Below, in pieces: positions 22,325 to 38,184 of a DNA stretch of 64,000 bases. The stretch spans positions 124,001 through 188,000 of the forward strand of contig JAPMXV010000071.1 in the NCBI GenBank assembly GCA_026936335.1, read 5' to 3'. The notes beneath the pieces were generated by a model, which was not told the DNA's origin, did no database searches, and was given only the letters and a program-made list of their open reading frames with translations. A program made the translations under genes and the position numbers. This DNA is from Mantamonas sphyraenae STR306 (Eukaryota > Protista > CRuMs). Numbering within the stretch: the stretch's first letter is position 1; each line of letters starts with the position of its first letter.

Positions 22325-24970
22325 ATGTTCAGCCGTAGCAGCAGAAAGACTTTGAAGCCTCTGGCAAAGGTGGTAGGTTTGCAAGAGGCCCAGAAGCCAA
22401 AGTGTGTCCGTGGGCGTGCTGATGTAGCGTGCGGAGCGTTTCCGTGATCCTGACACAAACCCCGCATGTTTGTCTGCGCCCGCACATGGCCTCACAGACA
22501 CCTAGCCTGGAGACACGCTTGTTTTCGACCTCGGGTCTGGCACAGGTCCAGGTGCAGAACTTTGACAAGATTCTGATTGCCAACCGTGGCGAGATCGCCT
22601 GCCGTGTCATCCGCTCCGCCAAGAAGATGGGCATCCAAACCGTCGCCGTCTTCTCCGAGGCCGACCGCTATGCCCAGCACGTCGTCGAGGCCGACGAGGC
22701 TGTCTACGTGGTATGTTCCTGTGATGAGCAGTGCTACACTTGCCCATCCGGGCCCCCTCCCACATCCCCCCGCCTTTTCTGTTCCTGTTGATTGCCCCTG
22801 GTCCGTTCTTGACCCTCCCGACTCTGGCTAACACGGCGTCGCGCCGCTGCACCTGCTGCCCCACCCGCCCTTGTACAGGGCACTGCCGCGTCGTCAGACT
22901 CGTACCTGCGCATGGACCGCATTGTGCAGGCCATGCTGGACACCGGTGCACAAGGTACGTGTTTAGTGCGTGGTGCGAAGCGTGGTCCGACCGGAGAATT
23001 TTCGTCCCGTTCGACACGCTGCCGTCGTCACACACCTGCGTCCAGAGTCTTGCCCGCCTTGCACGACGCTAACACCTCATCCGATGCAACCCATGCTGTC
23101 CCTTGCCTGACATGACACGCTGTGGTGTGGCATGCGTGTTCGCTGTGTGTGCTGGTGTGCTGCAGGTGTGCATCCCGGCTACGGCTTCCTCTCGGAAAAC
23201 TCCAAGTTTGTGTCTGCGCTGGACGAGAACGGACTGACGTTCATCGGCCCCAACACCCACGCCATCGAGAGCATGGGTGACAAGATCCAAAGCAAGAAAA
23301 TTGCCGCGGAGGCCAAGGTGAACACCATCCCGGGTTTCCTGGGTGAGATCCACTCGGACGAGGAGGTGCTCAAGATTGCCAACGAGATCCAGTACCCTGT
23401 GATGATCAAGGCCAGCGCAGGAGGCGGTGGCAAGGGCATGCGTGTGGCATGGAACGACGAGCAGGCTCTGGAAGGTTTCCGCCTGAGCAAGGCAGAGGCC
23501 CAGGCCTCGTTTGGCGACGACCGCATCTTTATCGAGAAATTCATTGACAACCCGCGGCACATTGAGATCCAGGTGCTGTGCGACAAGTACGGCAACGGAG
23601 TGTACCTGAACGAGCGCGAGTGCTCTATCCAGCGCCGCAACCAAAAGGTGATTGAGGAGGCTCCCAGCACCTGCCTGGACGAGGAGACCCGCAGGGCCAT
23701 GGGCCAGCAGGCTCTCGCCCTGGCTGCCGCCGTCAACTACGACAGTGCAGGCACGGTGGAGTTCCTCGTCGACTCGCAGCTCAACTTTTACTTCCTCGAG
23801 ATGAACACGCGTCTGCAGGTGGAGCACCCGGTGTCGGAAATCATTTCTGGCGTCGATTTGGTGGAACAGATGATCCGTGTGGCTGAGGGCAAGCAGCTGG
23901 AGCTGCAGCAGAGCGACATTGGCATCCACGGCTGGGCCCTCGAGTCTCGCGTGTACGCAGAGGACCCACTGCGTGACTACCTGCCGTCCATCGGACGCCT
24001 GAACAGGTACACCGAGCCCACGGGCGAGGGTGTGCGTGTCGACTCTGGAATCGTCGAGGGCTCGGAGATCTCCATGTTCTACGACCCGATGATCTCCAAG
24101 CTCATCACCTATGGCGAGAGCCGCAGCGTGGCACTGGAGCGCATGCGTAATGCATTGGACACGTATGTGATCCGTGGCGTGAAGAACAACGTCAACCTGC
24201 TGCGTGCGTTGGTGGACCACCCGCGTTTCATTGCCGGCAACCTGACCACCAAGTTCTTGCCCGAGGAGTACCCCGACGGGTTCCCCGGTGCCTCGTTGCT
24301 GCCCAAGGACCATTTGAACCTGGTTGCGTCGGCCATCACCATGGACGTGGCCACGCGTCATCGCCAATCGCTGATTGAACCGCGCCTTGGCAGCTACTCG
24401 GTGGATCTGGAGCAACCCATGGTGGTGGAGGTGGACGGCAAGACCTTTGAGGTGAAGCCGAGCATCGACGACACGCTGGGAGACATGGAGTTGCAGGTGC
24501 GTGAGCAGGGCAGCGAGCAGTGGGAGACTGTGCGCGTGGCAGCCAAGTGGGATGTGGGTGCACCCCTCATGACCGCCACCATTGCCACCAACGCAGGCAC
24601 CGAAGATGTGGCTGTGCAGCATGTGGAAACCAACAGCGACAAGTACACGCTGCAGTACCTGGGCAGCGACTTTACCATCTCGGTGCGCACGCCCAAGCTG
24701 CACAACTATGCCACCCACATGCCGCCCCCGTTTGAGCTGGACACCTTCAACAACGTCGTGTCGCCCATGCCCGGCATGCTGCAGTCCATCAACGTCAAGG
24801 TTGGCGACGTTGTCGGCCCCAACCAGGAGCTGGTGGTCGTCGAAGCCATGAAGATGCAGAACATCCTCCGCTCCGAGCGCGAGGCCAAGATCAAGAGCAT
24901 CAACTTTGCCGTGGGCGATTCCGTGGCCGCCGATGACATCCTCATCGAGTTTGAGGTGGATGAAAACTGA
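22325..24970 (+). CDS. PCCA: Propionyl-CoA carboxylase alpha chain, mitochondrial (3 introns near the 5' end)
   Basis: [64 protein letters not shown] (PCCA-like), biotin site EAMKM; mitochondrial presequence-like MFSRSSRK. Confidence 0.93.
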
Positions 24971-25018
24971 GCACCAAGCTGGTGGAAGAATGGATCATTC
25001 AGGCAAAAACAAACCTCG

Positions 25019-25699
25019 TCAATTCTTGGCCACACCCTCGCGCAGCAACAGAGCCACAATGTCTTCCGAGTTCATGGAGCTGATGTCCACCTCTTCGCGC
25101 ACCTCTTTGTTGTCCTCATCCGTTTTGAAGAGGGTCAGCTTGGGCGAGCCGCCCAGAAACATGATCTCCAAGCCGTCGCTGTGTGTTTGTCGGCGTGGTG
25201 TGAGTGGCACAAGAGGACACGGGTGCGCATGATGTGCCCACGGCCATGGAGGTGTGTTTCTGTGCTGGCAACACTTACAAGCTGCGTCCTTCACTGCTGA
25301 GGAAGCGGGCAAAGCCGGGGAACTTCTTGAGGCACGGACCGACGCAAGTCTGCAGGGAGAACAGGCCGTGCAGGGCGCAGGAGAGGTCAGTTGTGCCGGA
25401 AAAGCGGGTCCCTGTGCATGACAACAGGATTGGAACGTGTGTGTATGCATGGATGCGCGTGTGCTAAAGGCAGGTGTGTGGACAGGGGACAAGGCAGAGT
25501 GTGTGAACAAACGCACGGTGATGCGCGCCTTGGTCTTGGCCTTGTTGGGGATGTTGCTGAGCTCCTCCACGTTGCCATCCTTGTGCATGTGGGGAAACGT
25601 CTCGCGCATGCGCTCCTCCTCGCTCTGGGTCGCCACGACGGCCAGTGCACAGCACACAAGAGCCAACGTCATCAGCAAGACGCGGGTGGTTGACGTCAT
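25019..25699 (-). CDS. SelM/SelF (Sep15)-family thioredoxin-like ER protein, Cys form; exons 25699-25517, 25349-25279, 25178-25019
   Basis: Signal peptide, then KARITTCVGPCLKKFPGFARFL...FDGLEIMFLGGSPKLTLF...EEVDISSMNSEDIVALL, the SelM/Sep15 fold pattern. Confidence 0.78.
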   Translation of the reverse strand: MTSTTRVLLMTLALVCCALAVVATQSEEERMRETFPHMHKDGNVEELSNIPNKAKTKARITVRLFTHSALSPVHTPAFSTRASMHTHTFQSCCHAQGPAFPAQLTSPAPCTACSPCRLASVRASRSSPALPASSAVKDAACKCCQHRNTPPWPWAHHAHPCPLVPLTPRRQTHSDGLEIMFLGGSPKLTLFKTDEDNKEVREEVDISSMNSEDIVALLLREGVAKN

Positions 25700-25737
25700 G
25701 GTTCGAGTTGCTGGTTTTATTGGGGCGCATTCCGCAC

Positions 25738-26121
25738 TCATTCGCTGCGCAGCCGCTTCACCTCTCGGTGCAACTCATGGATGGAGCGACGCAGACGAGC
25801 AACAACAAACATGACGACCATCATGATGAAGGCCGCCAGAGCGAGGTAGAAATTCCGCTGGGCACGGCACAGCTTCAGCCGGCCCTCCAGAGTCCTCTCG
25901 AGGAGCACACCGTCTTTGGGAACCACAATGGTGTTCATTTGGTTCCATTGGGAGAAGACAGCGACGGCAAGAAGGGAGGCGACGGTGGCAAAGGCGTTTG
26001 CGTTTGCCAGGATGCGTGCCAGCCAGTTGTGGACGGCATGCGGCAGCGGCAGAGCGAGAAGCAATGTCATGAGGCAAAAGAAGCCCAGAGCAAAGACGAC
26101 CATAATCCACATGCTGAGCAT
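25738..26121 (-). CDS. BAP29/BAP31-family ER membrane protein (short form)
   Basis: Three hydrophobic segments, LLLALPLP, and the family motif RAQRNFYL. Confidence 0.8.
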   Translation of the reverse strand: MLSMWIMVVFALGFFCLMTLLLALPLPHAVHNWLARILANANAFATVASLLAVAVFSQWNQMNTIVVPKDGVLLERTLEGRLKLCRAQRNFYLALAAFIMMVVMFVVARLRRSIHELHREVKRLRSE

Positions 26122-26218
26122 GATTTTGTTGCTGTGTGTTTGTTGCGTTGGTTCCCGGTGCGCTGTGCGCGGCGCCGAGCAACCAACCCACATCGACCCA
26201 CGAGGACACAACAGGAGC

Positions 26219-27618
26219 ATGCAGTCACCGGCGAGCAAGTCGCCGGTGCCCGAAGGGGTGCGATTGCCACTCATCCATGCACCCAAACCTCCCCGATCGC
26301 CAGCGCCGACGCTGGGGAGATCGAGCTCCAACACGACACCCCGGCCAACGCCACCACCGATGGAGCGGACCCCGCGAAATGAGGAGGGGCCGCAGGGCGA
26401 TGAAGACAACCAGGAGCAACGAGAACAACGGCCTCGCAGCAGATCGCTGGGCAACGGGTCGTTTGGCGTGCAAGTCACGTTTGGTCACAAGGTGGGATTC
26501 CCAAAGCGGCGCAGTGTGACCACAACGACATCCTCCATGGCCAGTTCGCCGTCGGTGGGATCGCCGGCCACAACAATGGGTTCCTCAGAGTATTTTGCAC
26601 GTCACTCTCTGTCCAACGGCAACGCACGGCCCCACAGCAGGGAAATGAGGTTTGCCGCGCGTCCGGTTGGCCGTGGTGTGCAGCTGGCATCCGCTGGCAT
26701 GGGACGCAGACACAGCATGCAAGTGACACGCAGGGCCAGTTTGGGCTTGTCCTCACTGTCCCCGGCGTCGTCGATGCGCACGGGGGCAGCAGACGCGTGG
26801 GAAACGGGCGACGAGAGAGCGAGAGCGACGAGGACGACGAAGAGCATGACACGGACGAGACTGAGCAAGAACAAGGACAAGGCAGCAGCACTGGGTCACA
26901 GTCAGTTGGAACACATGGCAGCGTGGTGGATCGCTACCAAAGGGGCATGGAGGCGCAGGGAGAGGCGAGGCAGGGAAAGCAGAGCAAAGAGAACAGCGGC
27001 AGCCGGAAAAGGAAAGGGTCAAGGGCCAGAGGCCACTACGGGTCACTGGAGAGGAGGAAGGGAAGCAAGGGACAGGTGAGTGCACACCCTCCTGCACGAA
27101 GGAGGACATACAGCTTGAACGACATGCAAAGCACAAAGCTGCAGCTGTCGTGTCTTCAGGACCCACCAGGGTACCACTGGTCGCAGGCGGTGTTGCTCGA
27201 ATCGTTGGAGTTTGACCTGGACACACCACCCTCGTTGTATGACAGCAGTCTGGCCAAATCGGAGGGATCAGGTGGCAACAACAGCAACAACAACAACAAC
27301 AACAACAGCCAGGACGCAGACGAGCAGGGCCAGGCAGGATCGTCGTCGTCGTCGTCCAACACGGGCAAGGTGGGGGCAAGGAGACGTGACAGTGCGGTGG
27401 GGCGGTTTGCACAGGGTGTGCGAAGGCACAGCATGAGCTCGTTTGGTGGCAGCACCACCACCAGCACAACAACCTCATCAAGCTCATCAAACTCCTCAGC
27501 CTCCTCTGGAAACACGTCATCGGCAATGGCTGGCAGTGAAGAGATGACACTGATGATGACCATTGGCCCAGCGGACGTGTTGCGCATGGAAAGTGAGACG
27601 GATTTTGGGCGATGGTGA
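26219..27618 (+). CDS. Intrinsically disordered Ser/Arg-rich protein with multiple RRxS motifs; frameshift near 26815
   Basis: ORFs 25916-27079 and 26797-27618 join via a -1 shift at GACGAGAGAGC; motifs RRHSM (twice), RRASL, RRDSA, RRRT. Confidence 0.6.
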
Positions 27619-27659
27619 AGTCAACATCTGCTCGCGCGATGCGACGCAGGAGAACGACG

Positions 27660-30600
27660 ATGCTGCCTGCTGCAAACTGGTACCGCAGCCGATGTGTGGA
27701 CTGGATTGACAATGAACACTTTGTATATGGGTGCCAGAACAACGTGATGGTGGTGGGGTGGAACAGAGACCAGGAGGAGCTGGAGATGCACACATTGTTG
27801 CGCACACGGCGAGGGGAGAGTGTCAGTGCTGTGTGCACATGGGCACACGACGACGACATGCCCTCTTTGGATACAGGGGATGGCGTCGACAGGGGATGGT
27901 GTGTGGCTGGCAACAGCAAGGGGGAAGTGACGGCTTGGTTGACAAGCGGCAAGGTGCTTGCCACGTGGCGGGACACAGAGGCACACTGTATCACTGCAGT
28001 GTGTACCCAGGGACATCACATCTACGCAGGCAACGATGCGGGGCAATTGATGGTGATGGACACTCGGGACATGGACCATACGGTGCACGAGCCGGCTGCG
28101 TTGTTGAACGGCTCGCGTAGCAGCACACGAAAGAATCAGATCACCAGCATGTGTGCAAGCGCACACAGAGACACTCTATCCTGTGGTGTGTTGGTGCTTG
28201 GGTTTGCCTCCGGTGCGGTGATGGTGTACGACGTGGAGCAAAAGACCTCGCTGGAGCAGCTGCACGGACACACGGGTCCGGTGTTGAGCGTGACCAGCAG
28301 AGCGTGGGGGCATGCACAGCAGCAAGTGGTGTGCACCACATCCAGGGATGGCAGTGCAAAGGTGTGGCTGGTGGGCGGAGAGGAGGCGGCAGTGGCAACC
28401 AGCGTTGAGATGTTGTCCGGAAATGGAGCAGCAGCAGCAGCAGCAGTGGTGGTGGTGGTGGTGGTGGTGGTGGGAACAAAGCACATGGGACATGGTTGAC
28501 AGCAGATGTGGTGGATGTGGATGAGTCGTCGGGAGACGTGGTGATGGTGTGCAACGACGGCAGCAACGGAGTGCTGTGTGTGCGTGTCAACCTGTACAGT
28601 GGAGAGGAGGAGCGTATGGAGATGGAGGGAAGGGCACACACGTCGCTTGTGTTTAATGTGCGTGCACATGAGGAGAGTGTGGTGAGTGTGGGAATGGACA
28701 GGACGCTCAACGTGTGGAACTGGCGTTCCCGCAGCCTGGTGCACACGTGGCAAACACTGGGAGGCGGTGTGCGCACCATGGACGTGTCCAACACCGATGG
28801 GAGTCAACTGATGATGGCCTGTGCCGACAAGACAGTGCGTATGGTGGATGTGCAGGAGGCAAAAGAGCACGGAGTTGCCGCTCACTCGCAGGTGTTGTGG
28901 AAGAGCAAGTGGCGTGTCACAGCCATGGCAATGCACCCACGCGACGCATCTCTGATGGCGTATGGCACCGATACGGGCCACTTTGGCGTGTATGACGCAG
29001 AACGGCAACGGTACCATGCGGCACCGGGCAACAAGCAACACACCAAGGCGGTGACGCATGTCAGTTGGCACGTTGTACAAAACTATGGAGAGGAAACGGA
29101 AACGTGGCGTGTGTCCACGTGTGGTCAGGACGGACTTGCGTTTGACTTTGCCACGGGCGACAGCAGCAACCAAGGCGGCAAGTGTGTGCAATGGCACGGG
29201 GATGGTATGCGTGGAGGCTGCACTGCACTTGCATGGTCGCACGACGGCCGATGGATGGCGGTGGGTGAACAAAAGGGGGCCGTTGCTGTGACGGACAACA
29301 GGGATGGGGAGCAGACGATGATGGTGAGCGAAGCGCGCGAACACAGCCAGGCAGTTACACAGCTGGTATGGCATCCCACACAGTCCACTGTGCTGGTGAG
29401 TGCAGGCAAGGATGGACGTGTGGTGGTGTACGACGTGGACGAGGAGAGCGGGGCATTGCAGGCACGTCCGTGTGTAATGCGACACAGTGCAGCGGTGGTC
29501 GACGTGTGTTGGTGTCCACACGAGGAAGCACGTGTGGCCACGGCGTCGTGGGACGACACAGTTCAGGTGTGGGATGTGGATGCAGGGCAAGGAGTGGCAA
29601 ACCTGCACAGTCAACACGGCGGAAGGCTAACCAGCGTGCAGTGGAGTCGCACCCAGCCGCATCTGCTGTTTACCGGCGCCGACGACGCCAGTGTGCGTGT
29701 GGTGGACATGCAACATGCGACCAGCACACAGCCACCAGCAAAGACACGTCGTAAGCAGCAGCCAGCAGGCAAGGCCAACACCATCGAGACTGGCAGCAGC
29801 AGCAGCAGCAGCAGCAGTGCAAGTAGTGCCAGCAGTGGGACCGGGGCATCACGTGGTGGCAAGGCGGCACGCAAACGAAGCAAGAGAGTGTTGGTGGAGA
29901 GTGCGGAGCACTCCGAGAGCAGGCGCAAGGCAAGCATGTCGTTGATGGCGTGGTGCAAGGGCCAGACAGACCAGTTGGACGCAGACACACACGCACTGCT
30001 CTTTACTGGGAAGAGCAGTGACGCCGCAAGGTTGGTAGAACACGAGCGATCGATGCACAAAGAGCGTGATCGAGTGGCGACGGCTGCCATGCTGGATGTG
30101 TGGATGGATGGCAGCACACAGCGCATGAAGACAGGAACACAGCCGCTGGATGCCCAATGGGTGGCTTTGAGCATGCTGGGAGGACGGAATACGTGGGTGG
30201 AGCATTGTGCACGGTATGCGCGGCAGCTGGAGCGAGGGGGCGATGTTCACACCGCAGCGCTCTTCTTCTTGGCCGCAGACGACGTCCAGGATGCCCTCAG
30301 AGTGTATCGCAACGCACACATGTACTCAGAGGCCATGGCTCTGGGCAGATTGAGGCTCATGGAGGACGACCCTCTGCTGTTGGAGCTGTTGGAGGAGTGG
30401 AAGGAACACGCATTGGCGAACGACGACCACGAAACAGCTGCAAAGTGCCTGTTGGCGCTGAAACGGCCCATGGACGCGTGTGAAGCGCTGATGCAGCGAG
30501 GATCGGATGCATTGGCGTTACACACGGCAGCTGTGGTGGCTGCGAGTTGCAACGAGACATCTCACGCTGATGCCATCGCCTCTCTTGCGTTCATGCTGTA

Positions 30601-31252
30601 CCTGGGACGAGGAGAAGTGGACAACGCTCGTGCTGCGTTGGATGTTGTGCAGGGTGAACATGCGTGGGGCAGCTGTGTCGTGGATTGCTACGTGGCGTTG
30701 CGCGAAAACAACACCCTTGATGTGGTCGATCTTCCTGAGCGGCCATCGTCGTCAGTGGACGGCGTGACTTTGCCTGTGTGCGCAGCAGAACAGCAGACTG
30801 TGTTGTCGATGCTTGCTTGGCTGCCGGAGGCCATGCGTGGTGAGCAGGGCGCGATGTTGAAGATTGCAAGCGCGTGCTACCGACAAGGACAGCGACAGCC
30901 ACACTGGATGTGGTGTGCGCTGGTCGCACGTGGTACATCAACAGAGTGGGACCAAACTGACCCATGCATGTGTGCATGGGCGGGAATGGCGTATGCACAA
31001 ATCGGATGGGCCAAGTCTGAGTCGTGCTCTGGTCATGGGTGGATGGGAGCCGGATTTGACGCACAAGCAGACGGAGGATGGCCACAATGGGTGCTGGAGG
31101 ATGTAAAGCCACGTAGCGAGTGTATTGCTGTGTGCATGGCAGGACCGATGGAGCAAGAGGGCGGGGAGGCACAAAGCGAAGGAGGAGGTGGAGGAGAATG
31201 GCCGTCGGCGGCGCACTGTGCGGCTTTGTTGGAAGCTCAAATCTCATCGTAG
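27660..31252 (+). CDS. GEMIN5: Gemin5-like WD40/TPR protein; frameshift near 28425
   Basis: N-terminal MLPAANWY (compare Gemin5 LPPSPNWY), many WD40 repeats, and the dimerisation block WVEHCARYARQL...AALFFLA...MYSEAMALGRLRLMEDDPLLLELLEEW...AAKCLL. Confidence 0.85.
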
Positions 31253-33170
31253 GGGGTTGTGCCAGCCAGCATATCCGGACGGCTGACCTTGAAGTATTCT
31301 GTGGCTCGGCTGGGCGCCAGGAGCACGCAGAGGGTGCCGAATGCAAAGGTGTTCATGACAAGGTACAGGGAGAGGACGGTCTTGTGGCGTACCCAAGGGT
31401 CCACGGCGGCGGCGATCAGCACAATGAAGGGCAGCATAAAGAACCAAAGGGTGAACAGAATGCTGAACAGGATATACAGCTTGCGCTTGGTGGGGTCGGA
31501 CTCGCCAGCCATTGTGGAACGCAGCATGTACAGGAACCAGCCCATGACGCCCAGTCGCACGAGCAGCAGCACAATTCCCGGTGCTGTTTCGTACACGTAC
31601 AACGTCGATGCAGGGTCTGTTTCGTGGGGTAGTTGCGTGTGTGTGAGCGTCCGCCGAGTCTGCGACACATCCATTTCCCACATTCACATTGGCAAACCAA
31701 CACAAGCAAGCAACATGTGTGTGCACAGGATCAGATTGGTTCAGATAATTAAAGGTTGGACAACCATTCCGGCCGAAGCCGGGTCTTGTTCCAGAAAGAG
31801 TGTTCCTCATTTCCTGCATACACGAAAGTTCCATGCACGTCGTCCCCAGGCCATGCACTCGCATGCACACCCTGCACTGTGCTCTGCAACTTACTCATGC
31901 CTGCGTGTTCCCACACAAAGAGGATAAGGTAGAGGGTTGCGACCACGCTCATGATCATACCCAGGCGCTTCCTGTTGTCCAGCACATTGGTGCTGATGGT
32001 CCAGCCCTTGCTGAGCACAATGATGAGGAGCATAAGGACGAGCTGCGAGCACATGTCAAAGACTGGGTTCGAAGTGTGTGCGTGTGTGGCCATGTGTGAG
32101 CGTTGTGTTCCGTGAGGCTTCTCTCTCTCTCTCTCTCTCTCTCTCTGACATCATTCACACAGACACCAACTCACTGTCACCGATTGCTTGGAGACCCGGG
32201 GCGCCGATGCCGTCGCCTGCATACACAGCATAGTGGATAAAAATGCAAAACAGGGCGGCGAGCTGAAGGAAGAGGCTGATGGTAAGGAGCTTGATGATGG
32301 GGTGCACGCTGTCGGTGCGGTACATGACCATGAGGCCGTTGCCGTGCAAGAGGGCAATCACAAGGAAGACCAGGAAGAAAATCATGTACAAAGGCAGCAG
32401 TCCCTGATCGTCGTAGCTGAACTGCTGTTCCCAGGGTCCTCCCTTGTTCAGGAACGTCATGTCGTAGTGCAGGTCCACCTCGTTGCCATCGCAATTGGCC
32501 ACTGCCACATACCAAAAGTGCGGCCGCTCCACGTCCTTGAACAGTACCGTCTGATGTGTGTGTGTGTCAGCGCTGTCCGGTGGCCGGAAAAAAAGAGGAT
32601 GCACGCGCGTTTATGCTCGATTCGGAGGGTTCACGCGCCGGTGCCGCGTTTTTTCCCCTCTCGCCTCGCCGGGCGCAGTGTCAACGCATGTGCACGTGTG
32701 TCCAAGGGCTCCAGAGGCAACTCACCTGCGATGCACCTGTGTTGTCCACCATCACGCCGTTTCCAACGTGCTTGGAGGCGTTGACGAGCGCCTGGCACGA
32801 CATGGACCTGCGTGGGGGGTTTTTGGCACAGACATCACAACACACCCCAAAACGCGTGTAAGCACCTCCTCCGTTCGCAACTGTCCCGTCACAAGATCCA
32901 ACGCATGCCCACTCACCTGTACTTCTGTCCCACGTAGATGCTGGGCCACGAGTCGTCCTCGTCGTCGTAGAAAACGAGGCGGGCGTTGGGAGAGGAGGAG
33001 GATGCAGTGAAGGTCAGGTTGCCCTCGCCAGCCGTGCTGAAGCAGAACTTGGCCACAAATTCCCAGTTGGCCTGCTTGTTCTTGATTTGGTCCTTGACCA
33101 CCATGCCTTGGCACACACATGCCAGCACCGCCAGTGCAATGGCAATTGTCCAGATTCGACCAAACGCCAT
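31237..33170 (-). CDS. TMEM145/GPR180-family 7TM protein, 5 exons
   Basis: Signal peptide; WEFVAKFCF, RPHFWYVAVANC, QFSYDDQGLL, SKGWTI, LYVYETAPG; four GT-AG introns keep the frame. Confidence 0.88.
32120..32146. repeat. (CT)n microsatellite in a TMEM145-like intron
   Basis: Direct inspection. Confidence 0.9.
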
Positions 33171-33337
33171 GCTGTGAGGAAATTGGTTGCTTGGTTGCCC
33201 AGTCGTGCCCTGCCTGTCGCACATCCACTCCTGCATGAATCCAATCCAATCCATTCCTCATCATTGCATCCATTGACCCCGTTTTCCCTTGAACCCACCT
33301 CCCACTCCAGGACCGCTTTGGCGCAAGGGGAGCCAAC

Positions 33338-36621
<3,284 letters not shown>

Positions 36622-36662
36622 TGAGTGCACACAGCACAGCACACACCAAACAATGAATCGCT

Positions 36663-38151
36663 ATGGATGCATCCATGCATTGGAAGTCATTGTGTGCAGT
36701 GACATGCAACCACCCATGCATGCAACCCAAACCTTCCCCCCCCCCCCACTCCTTCAAAATCGGCACCACGTTGTCGACTTGGACAGAATTCGAGGTGCCT
36801 CCTGAAGATACGGGCAGCAGCAGCAGCAGCAGCAGCGGAAGCGAGGAAGAGGCAGTGTGTGCGCATTGCGTTGAAACGGCCGAGATTGAAGAGCTGTTTG
36901 CCCAACGCCTGCCGCAAGAACCCGAACAACCAGACATCAGCGATTGCTGTGGCACAGGGTGTGAACCGTGTGTGTTTGATCTCTACGACCAGCGTGTATT
37001 TCACTACAAAGCACAGCTGGAACAACACCAGAAAGAACTCGCCGACGCAATCGACAAAGTCCTGACTACAATGGGCGGCTGCACCTCCAAAAACGCAACT
37101 GCCGTGTCCACAGTGTACACTCTTACCACCTCGGAAACACACAGTCCCAATGCACACGGCGTTGCGGGCGTGGGACGCACAGACAAGCACATGTCGTCCT
37201 CTTCGGAACTGTGAGTCGCTCACCTCTCCACGCTGGTGTGCCCAGGCACACATCCCCGCACGCTGACACACACGCACACACACACGAATGCATACACTGC
37301 AGCACTGAGAATCCGTTGCTCGACAAAAAGGAAACCACAGACATGGAAATCGTCAGCAAAACGCAGATGGCGCACAACACCTGGGTGTTTGGGCTTGCCA
37401 TTCCCCACGGCACCTACGTCGACCTGCCCATGGGATCGCACATCCAAATTCGTCACCATACGGGCGAACGTATCATCCAACGCTCCTACACACCGCTCAC
37501 AGTGGGCATGGGCCTGCATGAGCAGCTGGAAGTCATGATGTGCGTCGCCCAATCCGCTGCGCCCCGCGTTTCACTCACCGCTCCTCACTGCCACCTGACT
37601 GACACCGTGATTATTCCCTCTGCCACAGCAAAATGTATCCAGAGGGCAAACTGACGTCTGTACTGAACACCAAAGAGGTGGGAGACTCCGTCGGGGTGCG
37701 AGGGGTGTTCACAAAGGTGCCATACACGGAGAACCAATTCAGTGCCATTGGGATGGTGGCAGGCGGCACTGGCATTGCTCCAATGCTCCAATTCATGAGC
37801 ATCCTCCTGCCCGACGAACAGGATCTGACCACCATCTCACTGCTGTATGGGAACAGCACGCTGGCCGACGTTCTCTGCCTGCCCGAGATTGAAACTCTCA
37901 CCGACTTGTACTCGGACAAGCTGTTGGTGAACCATTACATTTCCAAAGACCCCGAGCTGAGTGCAAACCCGTCCACACCACCCAACTACCACGATGGCCG
38001 CATCGGCAAGGAAGACCTCCAGGAACACCTCCCGCCTCCCGACCAGAGCGACATCATGATTTTTGTGTGTGGCACACGTGGGTTCAACAAGTCAATGCGT
38101 GAACATCTCACATCGCTGGGCTACGACAGCTCGCAGATCCGCGTGTTTTGA
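36663..38151 (+). CDS. CYB5RL: NADH-cytochrome b5 reductase-like protein (Oxidored-like domain + FAD/NAD-binding), 2 introns; start uncertain
   Basis: PEQPDISDCCGTGCEPCVFDLY, RSYTP, IKMYPEGK, MVAGGTGIAPM, FVCG. Confidence 0.85.
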
Positions 38152-38184
38152 AGCGAATGTATTTTTTCATCACCTGCACCTGCA

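Noticed and set aside
23069-24718. 549-aa minus-strand ORF, and similar long ORFs at 18017-19552 (+), 28136-29617 (-), 44852-46399 (+), 56976-58958 (+) and 61159-62379 (-)
   Set aside because: Antisense shadows of well-supported genes, expected with GC-rich codon usage; no motifs of their own.
25019-25699. True selenoprotein with a SECIS element
   Set aside because: The spliced CDS has no in-frame TGA; both redox positions are TGC.
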